From Nitrospirota bacterium (GTDB taxonomy: Bacteria; Nitrospirota; UBA9217), in assembly GCA_963818475.1 (NCBI GenBank), contig CAWFSF010000006.1, positions 1,568,001-1,632,000 of the forward strand: DNA of 64,000 nucleotides. Direction: 5' to 3'. A program made the position numbers and the translations under genes. The notes below the pieces were generated by a model. It made no database searches, was not told the origin of the DNA, and saw only the letters and a program-made list of their open reading frames with translations. Numbering within the stretch: the stretch's first letter is position 1; each line of letters opens with the position of its first letter. This document shows positions 33,288 to 44,200 of this stretch, in pieces.

Positions 33288-34406
33288 TCACGCCAGCACC
33301 AGCGCTGTGTTCACGCCGCTGAAACCGGCATTCGTCACCAGGGCAAACGCGCCTGCCCGAAACGCCTGCTGCCCGCCGGAGACCCAGCCCCGCGCATCGT
33401 CGTCAGGCTCGGTCAGATTCACGGTCGGAGGAACGATCCGCTCCTTAAGCGCACGAAGCGCGATGATCATCTCCACGAGCCCCGCAGCTCCCATGGTATG
33501 GCCGATGCCGCCCTTGATCGAATAGACCGGACGCTTCGCATCCTTGAAGACCGATCGAAAAGCCCGCATTTCCATCTGGTCGTTGTACACCGTACCCGTA
33601 CCATGGGCCGAGATAAAGCCCACGTCTCCGGGTCCGGCGCCTGCCGAGGCCAGCGCTTTCGAGATTGCCAGGATCAGTCCCTCGCTTTCGCGTGACGGGC
33701 CGGTCATGTGGTTGGCATCGTCGCTCAGGCCCCAGCCTGCCAGGGTCCCGAGAACAGGGCGGTTCTCGCGCGCCGCCCGTTCTTCGCTCATCAGCAGAGC
33801 GTAGGCTGCCGCCTCGCCCACGTTCAGGCCCGCCCGGTGTTTGTCAAAAGGCCGTGCCGGCTCGCGGTCCAATGCCATGAGCGATGAGAAGCCGGAGAAA
33901 ATGAATTCCGTGATGCTGTCGCAGGCGACCACGAGCACACAGTCCGCATGGTTGTTCCGGATCATTGCCGCTGCCTGCGCTGCTGCCGCGGCTGATGACG
34001 TACAGGCCGCTGATATCACGAGCCCCGGCGCCCTTTGTCCCGGTCAGGCCGAGCGACCTTGCCGACAAGACGGCTCACAATTGCATCGGCAGCATTTCCC
34101 CGCTCTTCAAGCATGCTCTGTTCGAGCAGATCGATCTCGCCTTTGGTCGTTGCGAGCAGCAGCTTTGCATCGGCCGGAACGGCGACCCCTGCGAACAGCA
34201 TCTGCAGCATCTGCATGACCAGGGAGTCGCCGTCGTGATACCGCAGGCCGTTGATGATGCCCGCATAATCAGAATGGAATGCCGCCGGTCTTGAAACGGG
34301 TAACGCGTGAAATTGCGGTCTTCCCGCCAAGTAAACCCTGCCAGCATGCTTCAGTCCCCCTGCCGTACGGGGTCACCATATCCGCCATGACAACGACCGG
34401 TTTCAT
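33288..34406 (-). CDS. Beta-ketoacyl-ACP synthase (frameshifts ~34330 and ~34030)
   Basis: SAACTSS, DANHMTGP, HGTGT, GHTMGAAG, GFSGVN. Confidence 0.88.
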
Positions 34407-34887
34407 GGCTTTTTATGGAACTCCCCTGCAGCCCATTTTCTGCGGACCCGGTCAAGCAGCTCCGGTGAAACCATGAAGGGTGCTCCTGTCTTGCCATCGG
34501 TGAACAATTGCACCATGTAACCGCTTGAGGCGATGCTCTGGTCCTGTTTCACCAGCTGATATTCTGTATTCAACCGCGATCCTTCGTTCCAGATCAGCGA
34601 TGCTCTGATGGTAAACTCCTCGTCCAGAAAGAGGGGCTTGAAATAATCGATATGGAACTCCACAAGCGGCGCGCGCACCCCTGCTTCGAAATATTCGGCA
34701 TAGGACAGGCCGATTGTTCTGCCCAGCTCCTCGGACGCCTCCTCGAAATAGAGCGGATACCGCCCATGCCACACGATCGCCATGGGATCGGCTTCGTTGA
34801 AATGGACCCGTCTTTTCACCTCGACCACAACGGGATCGGGTGAGCCCGGGATCCGTTCAAAATATGTTTTCTTTTTCTCGCCCTCAT
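34403..34887 (-). CDS. Acyl-CoA/ACP thioesterase (4HBT/YbgC hotdog family)
   Basis: RVHFNEADPMAIVWHGRY..YFE. Confidence 0.85.
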
Positions 34888-35276
34888 GTTCACGCCGTTT
34901 CTGATCAGTCAAAACGACACGCAGCTTCAGCTCCGCGATCTTGACCGTGTTCTTCGTGATAACCGCCTTCACCGTATGCTCGCCGCTCGCCGCTCCGTCA
35001 TCGTTGACAACGCAGGTCATTTCGTCGTCAGGAAACAACGGGGAGAAATACTTGGCGAGCACAACCTCTTTCAAGCACCACACCCTTCCCGCGTCCTTTT
35101 TCGAGCGTCGAAAGCGCGCACTGGATCTGGCAGACGCCGGGAAGGATCTTTTTCGAGGGAAAGTGCCCCTGGAAACCGATGAACTCCGGCGGGAAGGAGA
35201 AGCGTGACGTCAGCGTCGTGCTTTCACGCTCCAGGCCGGTCATGTATTGTTCGATATCTTCTTTCACTCTTCTCAA
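34884..35276 (-). CDS. 3-hydroxyacyl-ACP dehydratase (FabZ/ApeI-like; frameshift ~35085)
   Basis: FQGHFPSKKILPGVCQI; TTG start behind AGGAG. Confidence 0.8.
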
Positions 35277-35939
35277 CCGCGAATCTCCTTCTGCCTGACA
35301 ATCAGACGGTAACCGTGCCGGTAGTTCTGCAGGACAATGCCCATAGGATAACTGTTTTTCATTCTTCAGGAGATAATCGTAGTACGAAACCCGCCAGACA
35401 GCCCTGTTGTCCTCATAATAGGTTTTCGTGCGCAGAACCGTTGGCTCGCCTGCAAACACATACTCCAGCGCTCCCTCTTCCGACGGCTGCCTGAAAACAA
35501 GGCGGTTTTTCTTCTGCGCGATCCGTGCCTGATCTGACGGGACAAGGTCGAAATAAACGCGCATGATGTCGTCGCCCACGGCACGTGCAATATCGCCCCT
35601 GTCTGCCAGCGGCCCGATGGCGGACTGTGAGAGGACACCGTCCCGGTTGCCCGAAACCTCGAAAAGCTTCACGCCCATATGGTTCATACAGGCTACTTTA
35701 TAGAAACGGTCTTTTGCATTGACCTCAAGGTACCCGATCCCGCCAAAAGTGAACCACGAATACTCAAAAACAATGGTATTGAGCAATTGAAAACTTTCAG
35801 CATTCCCGCTCCGGAAGCGCTCGACAACCGTGTGCGGGTCGGCGCTCTCCAGGGGAACGAGCGCGGCTTCCTTGAACGGCGCCGCGGAAACGCACCCGGC
35901 CAGAAGAGCTGCCAGGACTGCGGCAAGCAACCGTATCAT
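35273..35939 (-). CDS. Lipoprotein of aryl-polyene/ladderane-type clusters (DUF3261-like)
   Basis: Lipobox LAGC; GVKLFE, DIMRVYF; position between MMPL and dehydratase. Confidence 0.65.
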
Positions 35940-38321
35940 GACGCTTTTTCTCTCGCTGCCGGGGACAGGAGACTGCAGAATGAAGGCACGACCAGGACGG
36001 ACGACAGGTAGCCCACCACCATGCAGATCACCATGGCAACACCGGTGGAATAGAGCGCCGGATGCCGGGCGAACAGCAGCGCGCCTGCGCCGATCACGTT
36101 GGATGCCGCGGACAAGGTCATTGCCATGACCGTGCCGAAATTCAGGTTGTGGCGGTATTCGTAGGTGATCCCCAGCCCATAGTCCACGATAACGCCGCTG
36201 GCGATCACACCAGCGATGATATTGACCACGTTCAGCGGCATGTCAAAAAGCGACATGATGCCCAGCAGCCAGACCACGCCGGTGAGAAGCGGCACCAGCG
36301 CGATCAGCGTTTCTTTCCAGTTCCTGAAAAAAAGCCACGTCAGGACGAGATTGAACAGGACAGCAAGCGGGGCAAGAAAGTACATTTCCTTGATCGTAAA
36401 GCCTGAGATCGACGCGGACAACGCCCTTCCTGATACGATGAAGGTCCCGGAATGTTTTTGCGTCAACGGGCGAAGAGCGTCGATATTCCGCTGCTCGTCG
36501 GGGAAGAACGACATGATGCGGCACTCTCCGTCCCTGTTCACCACAAAACGTTCCTGCAAGTGGGCGATGAGCCCGCCCGGATGCGAGGCGTCGGACTCCC
36601 GGGAGTACAGTCCCTCAAAAAAAGGGGAAAAAGCACGGTCCGAGAAACCATAGGCAGCCGACTTTTCCCGGATCAGCCCCTTAAGCTTCTTTTCCCTCCC
36701 CTGTTTCCAGAAGCGGTCCCAGCGGTCCCGATTTTCCTTCCTGCTCTTTTCCGATGGCCAGAACAGGGCAAGGCTCGTAAATTCTTCTCTGTCGACGGCG
36801 TTGATTGCTTCGTGGTACACGCGGTCATTTGTTTCCATGGCTTCTTCGAAATTCCTGCCCGTGACCACCAGGATCGCCTGGTTGGTCTTTCCGCCCCAGA
36901 TCTCGTGAAAGTTCTGTTCGGCCTTGAACACCGCGGGCGCGCTGCCGTCCAACTTTTTAACATCGCTGTCGAACCGGACCGAGAAGGACAGGACGAGCAT
37001 CACGATCGTCAGGAGTATCCATATCGCCAGTGTCAATTTCACCGGCCAATGGAAATTCTTCAGACGGTCGCCGATGGTCGAGTCGGGAACCAGCGCATAG
37101 CGCTTCCAGGACAAGGTCAACGGCAGTACAAAGAGAGAAAACAGGAGGCAGATAACCAGGCACACGATGGAGAACAGCGCCAGTTGCTGGTAACCGCGTA
37201 TCTGGGAGAAGATCAGGACCACGAAGCTGAATATGGTCGTGATCGCATCCATGAACACCAGTTTGCCGAGCTTTCCCATCTGCGACGAATCAGTGCCGCG
37301 CTTCATGGCGATGTACATGATCAGCCCGTAATCGGATATGCCGACGATGGCAGTGCCGAAACCGATGACCAGATAGGAAAGCGTCCCTTCAATGAACGCC
37401 ACGACGATTATCGCCCACACGACCGCGAGGAAACGGAAAGAGGATGACAAAAAAAGCGCGTGCATCGCGAAACACGAAGAGGAAGAGAAAGAAAAATCCG
37501 ATCGTTGCAACAACGGTGGCAACGGCAATGTCCCGCTTGATCACCTGTTCATTGCTGACCGTGTGGAGGTGGCCGCCGACTACATCCGCGGAAACGTAGT
37601 CCGGAAGCTGCCTGATCTTCTCTTCCAGGACCCGGACGAGTTCCTTGCTCCGGCTGGCGTCCGTCATGGGGACCGTGGTCTGCACGATCAGCATGGCATG
37701 CCGCCCGTCGCGGCTCAGAAAACGGCCGTCCTCGACAACCACATCGTACCCCATGGACGAGGGAAGCGCCTTCAGTTTTCCATAGAGCACTGTCTTGATT
37801 CCCAGGGGGTCGGTGCGGGATAATGAGGCGGTAAAAACGCTTTCCGGCCTGAAGGTCTGCAGGTAGATCTGTTTTAGTTTTGCCTCCACGGACGGACCGT
37901 TTATCTGAGCGTCCAGGGAGAGGAGTTCATCCTCGGTCAGGATCTGAGGACCATACTGGAGGACAGAGAATTCGTCCATGGCATCGGCCATGGATACCCC
38001 GGACGTAACCTTGGCGAACAAAGGCGGCTCAAGAGAGGCTGCCAGCTTATCGACAGCCGCAAAAAGGTCCTTCTTGTCCCTGTCCGTCTTGGTGAGTGCC
38101 AGGGAGATGATGACCTTGTCGGACAGGCTGGAGTCGCGCAGGAACTGCATGCTCCTGGTGACGTCCTTGTCCGGCGGGAGCATGAGATCGACGCTGCCTT
38201 CGTACCGGATGAGGGACAGGCCGAAAACAGAGCCTATGGTGACGAGCGCGACAAAGATCAAAACCAGCCGTTTATGGGTGCGGGCAAGGTCAAAGCCCCT
38301 GGAGAAAAAACGTTCGAGCAT
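35936..38321 (-). CDS. MMPL/RND-family lipid exporter (frameshift ~37430)
   Basis: Two-fold TM/periplasmic repeat, GISDYG and GVIVDYG motifs, HPALYSTG. Confidence 0.88.
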
Positions 38322-39004
38322 CAGCCTTTTACCTCAAAGCTGGAGTTGTCGAGGGGAACGTTCAACTGGGTGTTCGTGAAGGTGATCGTCGTCATGTCGC
38401 CGTTCACTTCCTGGATCTGTATGCGCTTGAGGTATTTTAGATCTTCCCGGAACGTTATCGTGATGCTTTTGATGACCTTTTTGGAGATATTCTTCTCGAG
38501 TGGAACGAACTCAAGCACCAGGGGATCGTTCTGCTTCACCCGAACATCATTGACAGCCAGGAGCGATCCATACTCACCCGAGAACCACACGGTCAGCTGA
38601 TTGAGCACATTCTGAAAAATAGGATTCTTGGCAAGCGATATTTCCTGGACTTTGTTCGTGTCCTCGTCCCACTGGCGGATGAATGTATCAGTGATCAGCA
38701 CGGAATACCGGACCGGCGAATCCACATGCCAGGCTATCTTGCTCGGTTTCTGGAGATAGATCCGGCCCTTGAGAACAAGCTTCTCCTTGAACATGGCCAT
38801 TTCTTTTTCCTGCGTGAAATCCGTTTTCAGGCTCGTGAAGTCCGAAACCTTTTTCCCGATGTTGTTCAGCAGGCTGAGCAGATCATTCTGCTGCGGAGCC
38901 GTTGAGGTGCTTTTCTCATCCGCAAAAACCGTTCCCGCGTGCGTTTGGAAACACAGGATCAGGGTAAAGAGCGCCATCATGCTTCTTTGCATACGGATCA
39001 TCAT
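38321..39004 (-). CDS. LolA-like periplasmic lipid carrier
   Basis: Signal peptide; DFTQEK..G...QKP....W...P, E.NGD.T.I.F. Confidence 0.85.
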   Translation of the reverse strand: MMIRMQRSMMALFTLILCFQTHAGTVFADEKSTSTAPQQNDLLSLLNNIGKKVSDFTSLKTDFTQEKEMAMFKEKLVLKGRIYLQKPSKIAWHVDSPVRYSVLITDTFIRQWDEDTNKVQEISLAKNPIFQNVLNQLTVWFSGEYGSLLAVNDVRVKQNDPLVLEFVPLEKNISKKVIKSITITFREDLKYLKRIQIQEVNGDMTTITFTNTQLNVPLDNSSFEVKG

Positions 39005-40485
39005 GCCGCCTTGCCGTCGCTCTGGAAGACTTTGAGCTCACCGCGGGCGATCACGGTGTCGCCCTTCTTCACTTCTCCATGGATAATGCCGAAATCACCG
39101 TACTTTGCCACTTTAAACATGGAAATACGCAGAACATCGCCTACCTTTGCGCTGCCGGGGATCTCGAGGTTCTTGATGCCGAGCAGGAAGCCTTCCTGCT
39201 GGGGGTTGCGGCTCCCGAGCTTCCTGAACCCCTCCTGGGCCGCGATCGCCTGGGACATGATCTCGGGATACGAGGCTTCATCGAGTTTCCCGTCCCTCCC
39301 GACGAACAGCATGTCCTCCAGCACCGTCATCTCGGACACCGATGCCCGCTCCCTCACCTCAAGGAGCCGGTCGATCATAAGCATGGGCGGTTTGTGCGGA
39401 ACGAGCTGTGCCGCATCCACGGGCAGGAACATGATGTCCTCGCGCCGGTCAAGGTTCTTCCAGCAGAGCGGGTCCGAAGCAAGGTAATCGCCGGTCAATT
39501 GAAATGCCGCTCCGCGGCAGCCGTAGCATTCGCTCAGCCGGTCACATTCGCTGCAGGGCCCCTTGATCGTCTCGGTGTACATCTTGAGGTCCTGGACCAC
39601 CTCGCTCTCCTTCAGGATCTCCTTGAGCTTCTGCTTGCGCACGTTGCCGATCGGGATCGTGACGCCGACGCAGGGCTGGACATCTCCTTCAGAGTTCACG
39701 GCGCAGGAGAACCGGTGGCGAAGACACTCCCCCCCGATGAGCGGCGGTTTGGGGTCCCAGTGGTGGCCGTATTTGTTCCGGTCGATCTTGGAGATGCGCT
39801 TGAAAAGCTCCTCCACCTGATGGGAATCGACGTCGAGCATATTATGCTCTTTGGCGCCGCCCTGCGGCGTGATCATCTCGAAATAGGGGGCGATGTTCTG
39901 GTCCCGCAACCACTCCCACATCTTCGGAAGCTCCTCGATGTTCTGCTGGCACACGACCGTGCTGATGCCCATGAACCGGTCCGCGGAAGGATAGCCCGCC
40001 AGTTTCAGGTTGTTGAACGCCTCGTGGATCTGGGTGTAGGCGCCTTTCCTGCCCGAAAGCGTGTCCTGGACCTTCTCATCGAAGGTATTCATCTTGAGCA
40101 CGACCCGGACACCGGCTTCATAGAGCTCCTGCGCCTTTTCCCGGGTGATGTTCGTACCGTTCGTGAAAAGCTCGACGTCCATGTCGAGACTGCGGATGAA
40201 GCGGATCATTTCCATGATATGCGGATAGAGCATGGGCTCGCCGCCGAGGACGATCATCTTCCGCGCCCCCAGTTCCTTGGCCTGCGTGATAAGGTCGAAG
40301 AACTCTTCCCTGCTCAATTCGTCCCGCTGCACGGTATGGTCCGACGCGTAGCAGTAGAGGCACCGGAAGTTGCAGCTCTTGTTGAACTCCAGTTCCATTG
40401 AAAGGAGCCGGCCGTCGCGGACGGCTTCGGCGATCTCCTCCTGGGAGAACTCTGCACCATAGATACGACTCTGACAGCTTTTCAT
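39001..40485 (-). CDS. Radical SAM/SPASM protein fused to a C-terminal hotdog dehydratase-like domain
   Basis: CNFRCLYC, LGGEP, G.VQPC, CSECDRLSECYGCR, DPLC; then LVPHKPPMLMID..EIMSQAIAA..GFLLGIK. Confidence 0.88.
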   Translation of the reverse strand: MKSCQSRIYGAEFSQEEIAEAVRDGRLLSMELEFNKSCNFRCLYCYASDHTVQRDELSREEFFDLITQAKELGARKMIVLGGEPMLYPHIMEMIRFIRSLDMDVELFTNGTNITREKAQELYEAGVRVVLKMNTFDEKVQDTLSGRKGAYTQIHEAFNNLKLAGYPSADRFMGISTVVCQQNIEELPKMWEWLRDQNIAPYFEMITPQGGAKEHNMLDVDSHQVEELFKRISKIDRNKYGHHWDPKPPLIGGECLRHRFSCAVNSEGDVQPCVGVTIPIGNVRKQKLKEILKESEVVQDLKMYTETIKGPCSECDRLSECYGCRGAAFQLTGDYLASDPLCWKNLDRREDIMFLPVDAAQLVPHKPPMLMIDRLLEVRERASVSEMTVLEDMLFVGRDGKLDEASYPEIMSQAIAAQEGFRKLGSRNPQQEGFLLGIKNLEIPGSAKVGDVLRISMFKVAKYGDFGIIHGEVKKGDTVIARGELKVFQSDGKAA

Positions 40486-41792
40486 AGTTTTTTTCTCTTA
40501 TCCACGAATCGAATTAATTTCCGGGAGTTCCCGGCATAGACCTGGCTCTTCACGTCTTCCTCGCTCGCCACGATGACTTCCGGCCGCACGCGAAGGTGCG
40601 CCTGCAGTTTATCGGTGATCATCTCGGCCGTGCAGGAATGGTCCCTGAGCGCGACCGTGACCTTCACCACATCGGAGAGGTCGAAATCGCTCGTTGCGGT
40701 CACGTAGTATTCGCTGATCCCCGGCAGCGCGTCGAGGACCGCATAGATCGAGTTCGGATACAGCGTCGTGCCGCGGAATTTGATCATGTGGTTCTTGCGC
40801 CCGACGATGGGGCCCAGCCGGGACGACCGTCTTCCGCAGGCACAGGGCGCGTCAATAAGAAAGCTTATGTCCCCGGTCTTGAACCGCAAGAGCGGCATGC
40901 CCTCGATCGCAAGCGGCGTCACCACCACCTCGCCCAGCTCGCCTGACGGGAGCACCTCGCCCTGGTCGTTCACGATCTCCACCACCGCAAGGTTCGGATG
41001 CAGATGGCCGCCCTGCTGGGCCGTGCATTCGCAGAAGGAGGTAATGGTCTCCGAGGATGCATAGGTCGAATAGACCCTTGCGCCCCAGACCGCTTCCAGG
41101 CTTTCGCCCACCCGCAGAAACTGCAGCGCCCGGTCCCTCACCGGCTCGCCGATGCAGATCAGCCTGCTGATGCCGGTCGTGCGGGGGTCGATGTTCCGCG
41201 ATTTCAGGAACTGTCCCAGTTTGAGCAGGAATGTCGGCACACCGACGATCGCGGTCGGCTTGAGCCGCTCGATGATCTCGAGATGGCTTTCGAAACCGCT
41301 CAGCCCGTTCCGGATCGCGGCTGCGCCGAGGCTCCGCACGCCTGAAAAGTAGGCCAGCCCGGCGATGAAGCAGCGGTCCATGGTGCAGGTGAGCAGAACG
41401 ATGTCGTCCCGGGTCAGGCCGCAGCTTTCGAGCGAGATCTCCTCGTTATAGGCAAGCCGGCGGAGATCGTTCTCCGTGTACATCATGGTCGTCGGCCTGC
41501 CGGTCGTGCCGGACGACAGGACCATGTCCACGATCGCCGAACGCGGAACGGCAAGGAACTCGTCGTTCTGCTGCCCCAGTGCGGTCTTGTCCGTGAGCGG
41601 AAGCGTACGCAGCGAGTCAAGGGTGACCGCTGCAGGATCGATGCCTTCCGCCTTGAAGAGCGATCGGTAATAGGGCGAATGGGCGGAGAGGTACTGCAGA
41701 TGTCTGCGCAACAGTTCTTCCTGCACCGTCCTGATCTCAGCCGGCGACGAGAATTCAAGCTTTCTGTCGCCGTCGAATTCCATCATGCTCAT
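40482..41792 (-). CDS. Phenylacetate-CoA ligase family (PaaK-like) aryl/acyl-adenylating enzyme
   Basis: LPLTDK, SSGTTGRP, IGEP, YASSE, MPLLRFKTGD. Confidence 0.88.
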   Translation of the reverse strand: MSMMEFDGDRKLEFSSPAEIRTVQEELLRRHLQYLSAHSPYYRSLFKAEGIDPAAVTLDSLRTLPLTDKTALGQQNDEFLAVPRSAIVDMVLSSGTTGRPTTMMYTENDLRRLAYNEEISLESCGLTRDDIVLLTCTMDRCFIAGLAYFSGVRSLGAAAIRNGLSGFESHLEIIERLKPTAIVGVPTFLLKLGQFLKSRNIDPRTTGISRLICIGEPVRDRALQFLRVGESLEAVWGARVYSTYASSETITSFCECTAQQGGHLHPNLAVVEIVNDQGEVLPSGELGEVVVTPLAIEGMPLLRFKTGDISFLIDAPCACGRRSSRLGPIVGRKNHMIKFRGTTLYPNSIYAVLDALPGISEYYVTATSDFDLSDVVKVTVALRDHSCTAEMITDKLQAHLRVRPEVIVASEEDVKSQVYAGNSRKLIRFVDKRKKL

Positions 41793-42542
41793 ACTGCTTT
41801 CTCCATGACGGACAACTCGTCATCGATGATATGCCATACCCTGTTCTTCAAAGCGAAGGCGTTCAGGTCTTTATACTCGTCCCAGGCGATGGACGGCAGC
41901 CGCCGCACCCGGATAGTGCCCGGTCGCAGAAGCAGCGACCCCTTGGGCGGGATGTTCTCGTTCCCGGTGATGCAGATCGGCACGACAGGCATCCTTGATT
42001 CCAGCGCCAGACGGAAGGCCGCGCCGTGAAAATTTCCCATGGTCCTGCTCGCCGATCTTGTCCCCTCGGGAAAGAAGATGATCGAGACGCCCTCGGACAG
42101 CAGTTTCGCGGCTTTTTCAAGGAACTGTTCATGCGACATCATTCTGATGTTCAGATATCCCGAGAACCTGGCGTACAACCCCAGAATGGGTATCCTGAAG
42201 GGCCAGACATTCACGATCTGTACGCACTCATGAGGCAGGACGCACATGAGAAATGCGTCGGAGGCCGCTCGGTGGTTGCATACAAAGATATAAGGCTCGC
42301 CAGGGCCATCTTTTGCCAAGGTCCTCATACCGGAGCTTGATCCAGGGATAGGGGATCGACGTAATGAGCTTTCCGTAGAAGCTGATGGAGCGACGGAACC
42401 GCTTCATGGTGCGGCGGTGCGACAGGAAGAGCCTCGATACGGCCACCACCAGCGTCAACATCGGGATCGCGACAGATGAAAGCAATAAAAAGCAGGTATA
42501 AAAATACAGGTTGAGAAAAAACAATTTCACACGCAGCAGCAT
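41789..42542 (-). CDS. plsC: 1-acyl-sn-glycerol-3-phosphate acyltransferase family (frameshift ~42325)
   Basis: NHRAASD and FFPEGTRS motifs. Confidence 0.8.
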
Positions 42543-42553
42543 CGCGGTCCGCC

Positions 42554-42811
42554 CTACTTGCCTTCTTCGTTCTTGAGCGACGAAATAAACTGATAGATAT
42601 CCTCAAGGGTACGAATGTCCCTGACCTTTTCCTCGTTCCTGATCTTTACGCCAAAGGTGTTCTGGAGCGCAACGACCAGATCGACGATGTCCAGGCTGTC
42701 GAGACCCAGATCGGTAAAGATATGCGCCGTCGGGACCAGCCGCTCCTTCTCGATCTCAAAGGATTCCTCGAACACCTTATTGATCTTGTTGATGATTTCC
42801 TTATCGATCAT
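42554..42811 (-). CDS. Acyl carrier protein
   Basis: DLGLDSLDIVDL. Confidence 0.92.
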   Translation of the reverse strand: MIDKEIINKINKVFEESFEIEKERLVPTAHIFTDLGLDSLDIVDLVVALQNTFGVKIRNEEKVRDIRTLEDIYQFISSLKNEEGK

Positions 42812-42831
42812 GCATTCCTCCGGATGAAGTT

Positions 42832-42976
42832 CAAATTACAAATTACAAATAGCAAATCCCAAATAGCAAATCCCAAATAAGCACCAAATACCAAGTTCCA
42901 AAATTCAAACTGTTTGGTGCTTGCCCTTTGGCAATTGGAATTTATTTGTAATTTGGTGCTTGCAATTTGGTGTTTG
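42832..42976. repeat. Palindromic CAA-N4 heptamer element (family A, copy 2)
   Basis: (CAAN4)6-CAAATAAGCAC-(CAAN4)3-CAAAC-T-GTTTG-(N4TTG)3-GAATTTATTTG-(N4TTG)4. Confidence 0.9.
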
Positions 42977-44200
42977 TTATCTCCTGTACACCAGCGCTGC
43001 ATTGATCCCGCCGAAAGCGAAGCCGTTTTTTAAAACGGTCCGCACCTGCTTTTTAAGCGGCTCCATGACGTGCTGTATCCCTTCGCACTCCGGGCTGACG
43101 TTCTCCAGGTTCAGCGTGGGATAGATCACCCCCTGCTCCATCATCGAAAGCGACGCCGCCAGCTCAATTGCGCCCGACGCGCCGAGCGTATGGCCGATAT
43201 ATCCCTTCAGGCTGCTGACGGGCACCGTTGCCCCGAACACTTCGCGGATCGCCTCGGCTTCCTCCTGGTCTCCCTGGATGGTCGCTGTGGCATGGGCGCT
43301 GACATAATCGATCGAATCCGATTTCATACCGGTCTCACCCAGCGCCTGCTGCATGCAGGACACCATGGATTCCCTGTTCGACTGGCTTACGTGGAGTCCG
43401 TTCGCGGTCGTGCTGTAGCCGATGATCTCGGCATAGATCTTTGCGTTCCGCTTGATTGCCCGGTCGTAGTCCTCGAGCACGACCAGCCCGCTCCCCTCGC
43501 CGCAGACCAGTCCGTCCCGGTCCCGGTCAAAGGGCCGCGGCGTCTCTTGCGGCCTGTCGTTATATTTCGTCGAGGTCGCGAACAGGATGTCAAAGGACCC
43601 GGTCACCGTGGGATGCAGTTCCTCCGCACCGCCGCAGAGGAGAACGTCCTGCCTCCCGAGCCTGATCAGATCGTAGCCCGTGCCGATGGCATGGAGTGCA
43701 GATGCGCATGCCGCTGCCGGCGCCATGACCGTGCCGTTCAATCCCAGGTACTGGGCCACGTTCACCGCGGCCGTGTGCGACATGCACTGAAAGAACATGG
43801 TCGAGTTCAGGCGGCTCAGGTCCTTGTCGGGCAGCATGGTCTCGAACGTATCGTTAATGCTTTTGGCGCTGCCCATGGTCGAACCAATTACGCAGCCGAC
43901 CTTCCCGGGGTCCTCATCGGCAAGAACAATGCCCGCATCAGCGATCGCCTCGTCAGCGGCCTGCGCGGCGAAGATACTCATGCGTCCCATGGAGCGACGC
44001 TTCTGGCGAGGGATGCGCTTTTCGTCCTGGATCGTAACCGGTGCTGCCACCAGACTGTGCAGGCCGATGTACTGCTCCCATCCTTCCATGCGCCGCACCG
44101 CGCTCCGGCCTTCCTCAATGCCCTTCATGAGAGCAGCCAGGCCGTTACCGAAGGGAGACACCACGCCGACACCGGTTATGACAACGCGCTTCAATGACAT
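42977..44200 (-). CDS. Beta-ketoacyl-ACP synthase (FabB/FabF-like)
   Basis: RVVITGVG, AACASA, HATAT, GHTLGASG, FAFGGIN. Confidence 0.93.
   Translation of the reverse strand: MSLKRVVITGVGVVSPFGNGLAALMKGIEEGRSAVRRMEGWEQYIGLHSLVAAPVTIQDEKRIPRQKRRSMGRMSIFAAQAADEAIADAGIVLADEDPGKVGCVIGSTMGSAKSINDTFETMLPDKDLSRLNSTMFFQCMSHTAAVNVAQYLGLNGTVMAPAAACASALHAIGTGYDLIRLGRQDVLLCGGAEELHPTVTGSFDILFATSTKYNDRPQETPRPFDRDRDGLVCGEGSGLVVLEDYDRAIKRNAKIYAEIIGYSTTANGLHVSQSNRESMVSCMQQALGETGMKSDSIDYVSAHATATIQGDQEEAEAIREVFGATVPVSSLKGYIGHTLGASGAIELAASLSMMEQGVIYPTLNLENVSPECEGIQHVMEPLKKQVRTVLKNGFAFGGINAALVYRR

Noticed and set aside
34403-35939. Apparent lipoprotein-dehydratase and dehydratase-thioesterase fusions
   Set aside because: Junction peptides are out-of-frame nonsense; a separate RBS/start and overlapping stop are visible at 35273-35276, and a likely separate start at ~34887
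42808-43002. Small ORFs over the heptamer elements (also 21182-21370, 53693-53926, and N-terminal extensions of ribH and purF)
   Set aside because: Translations of the repeat DNA with no credible RBS or protein features
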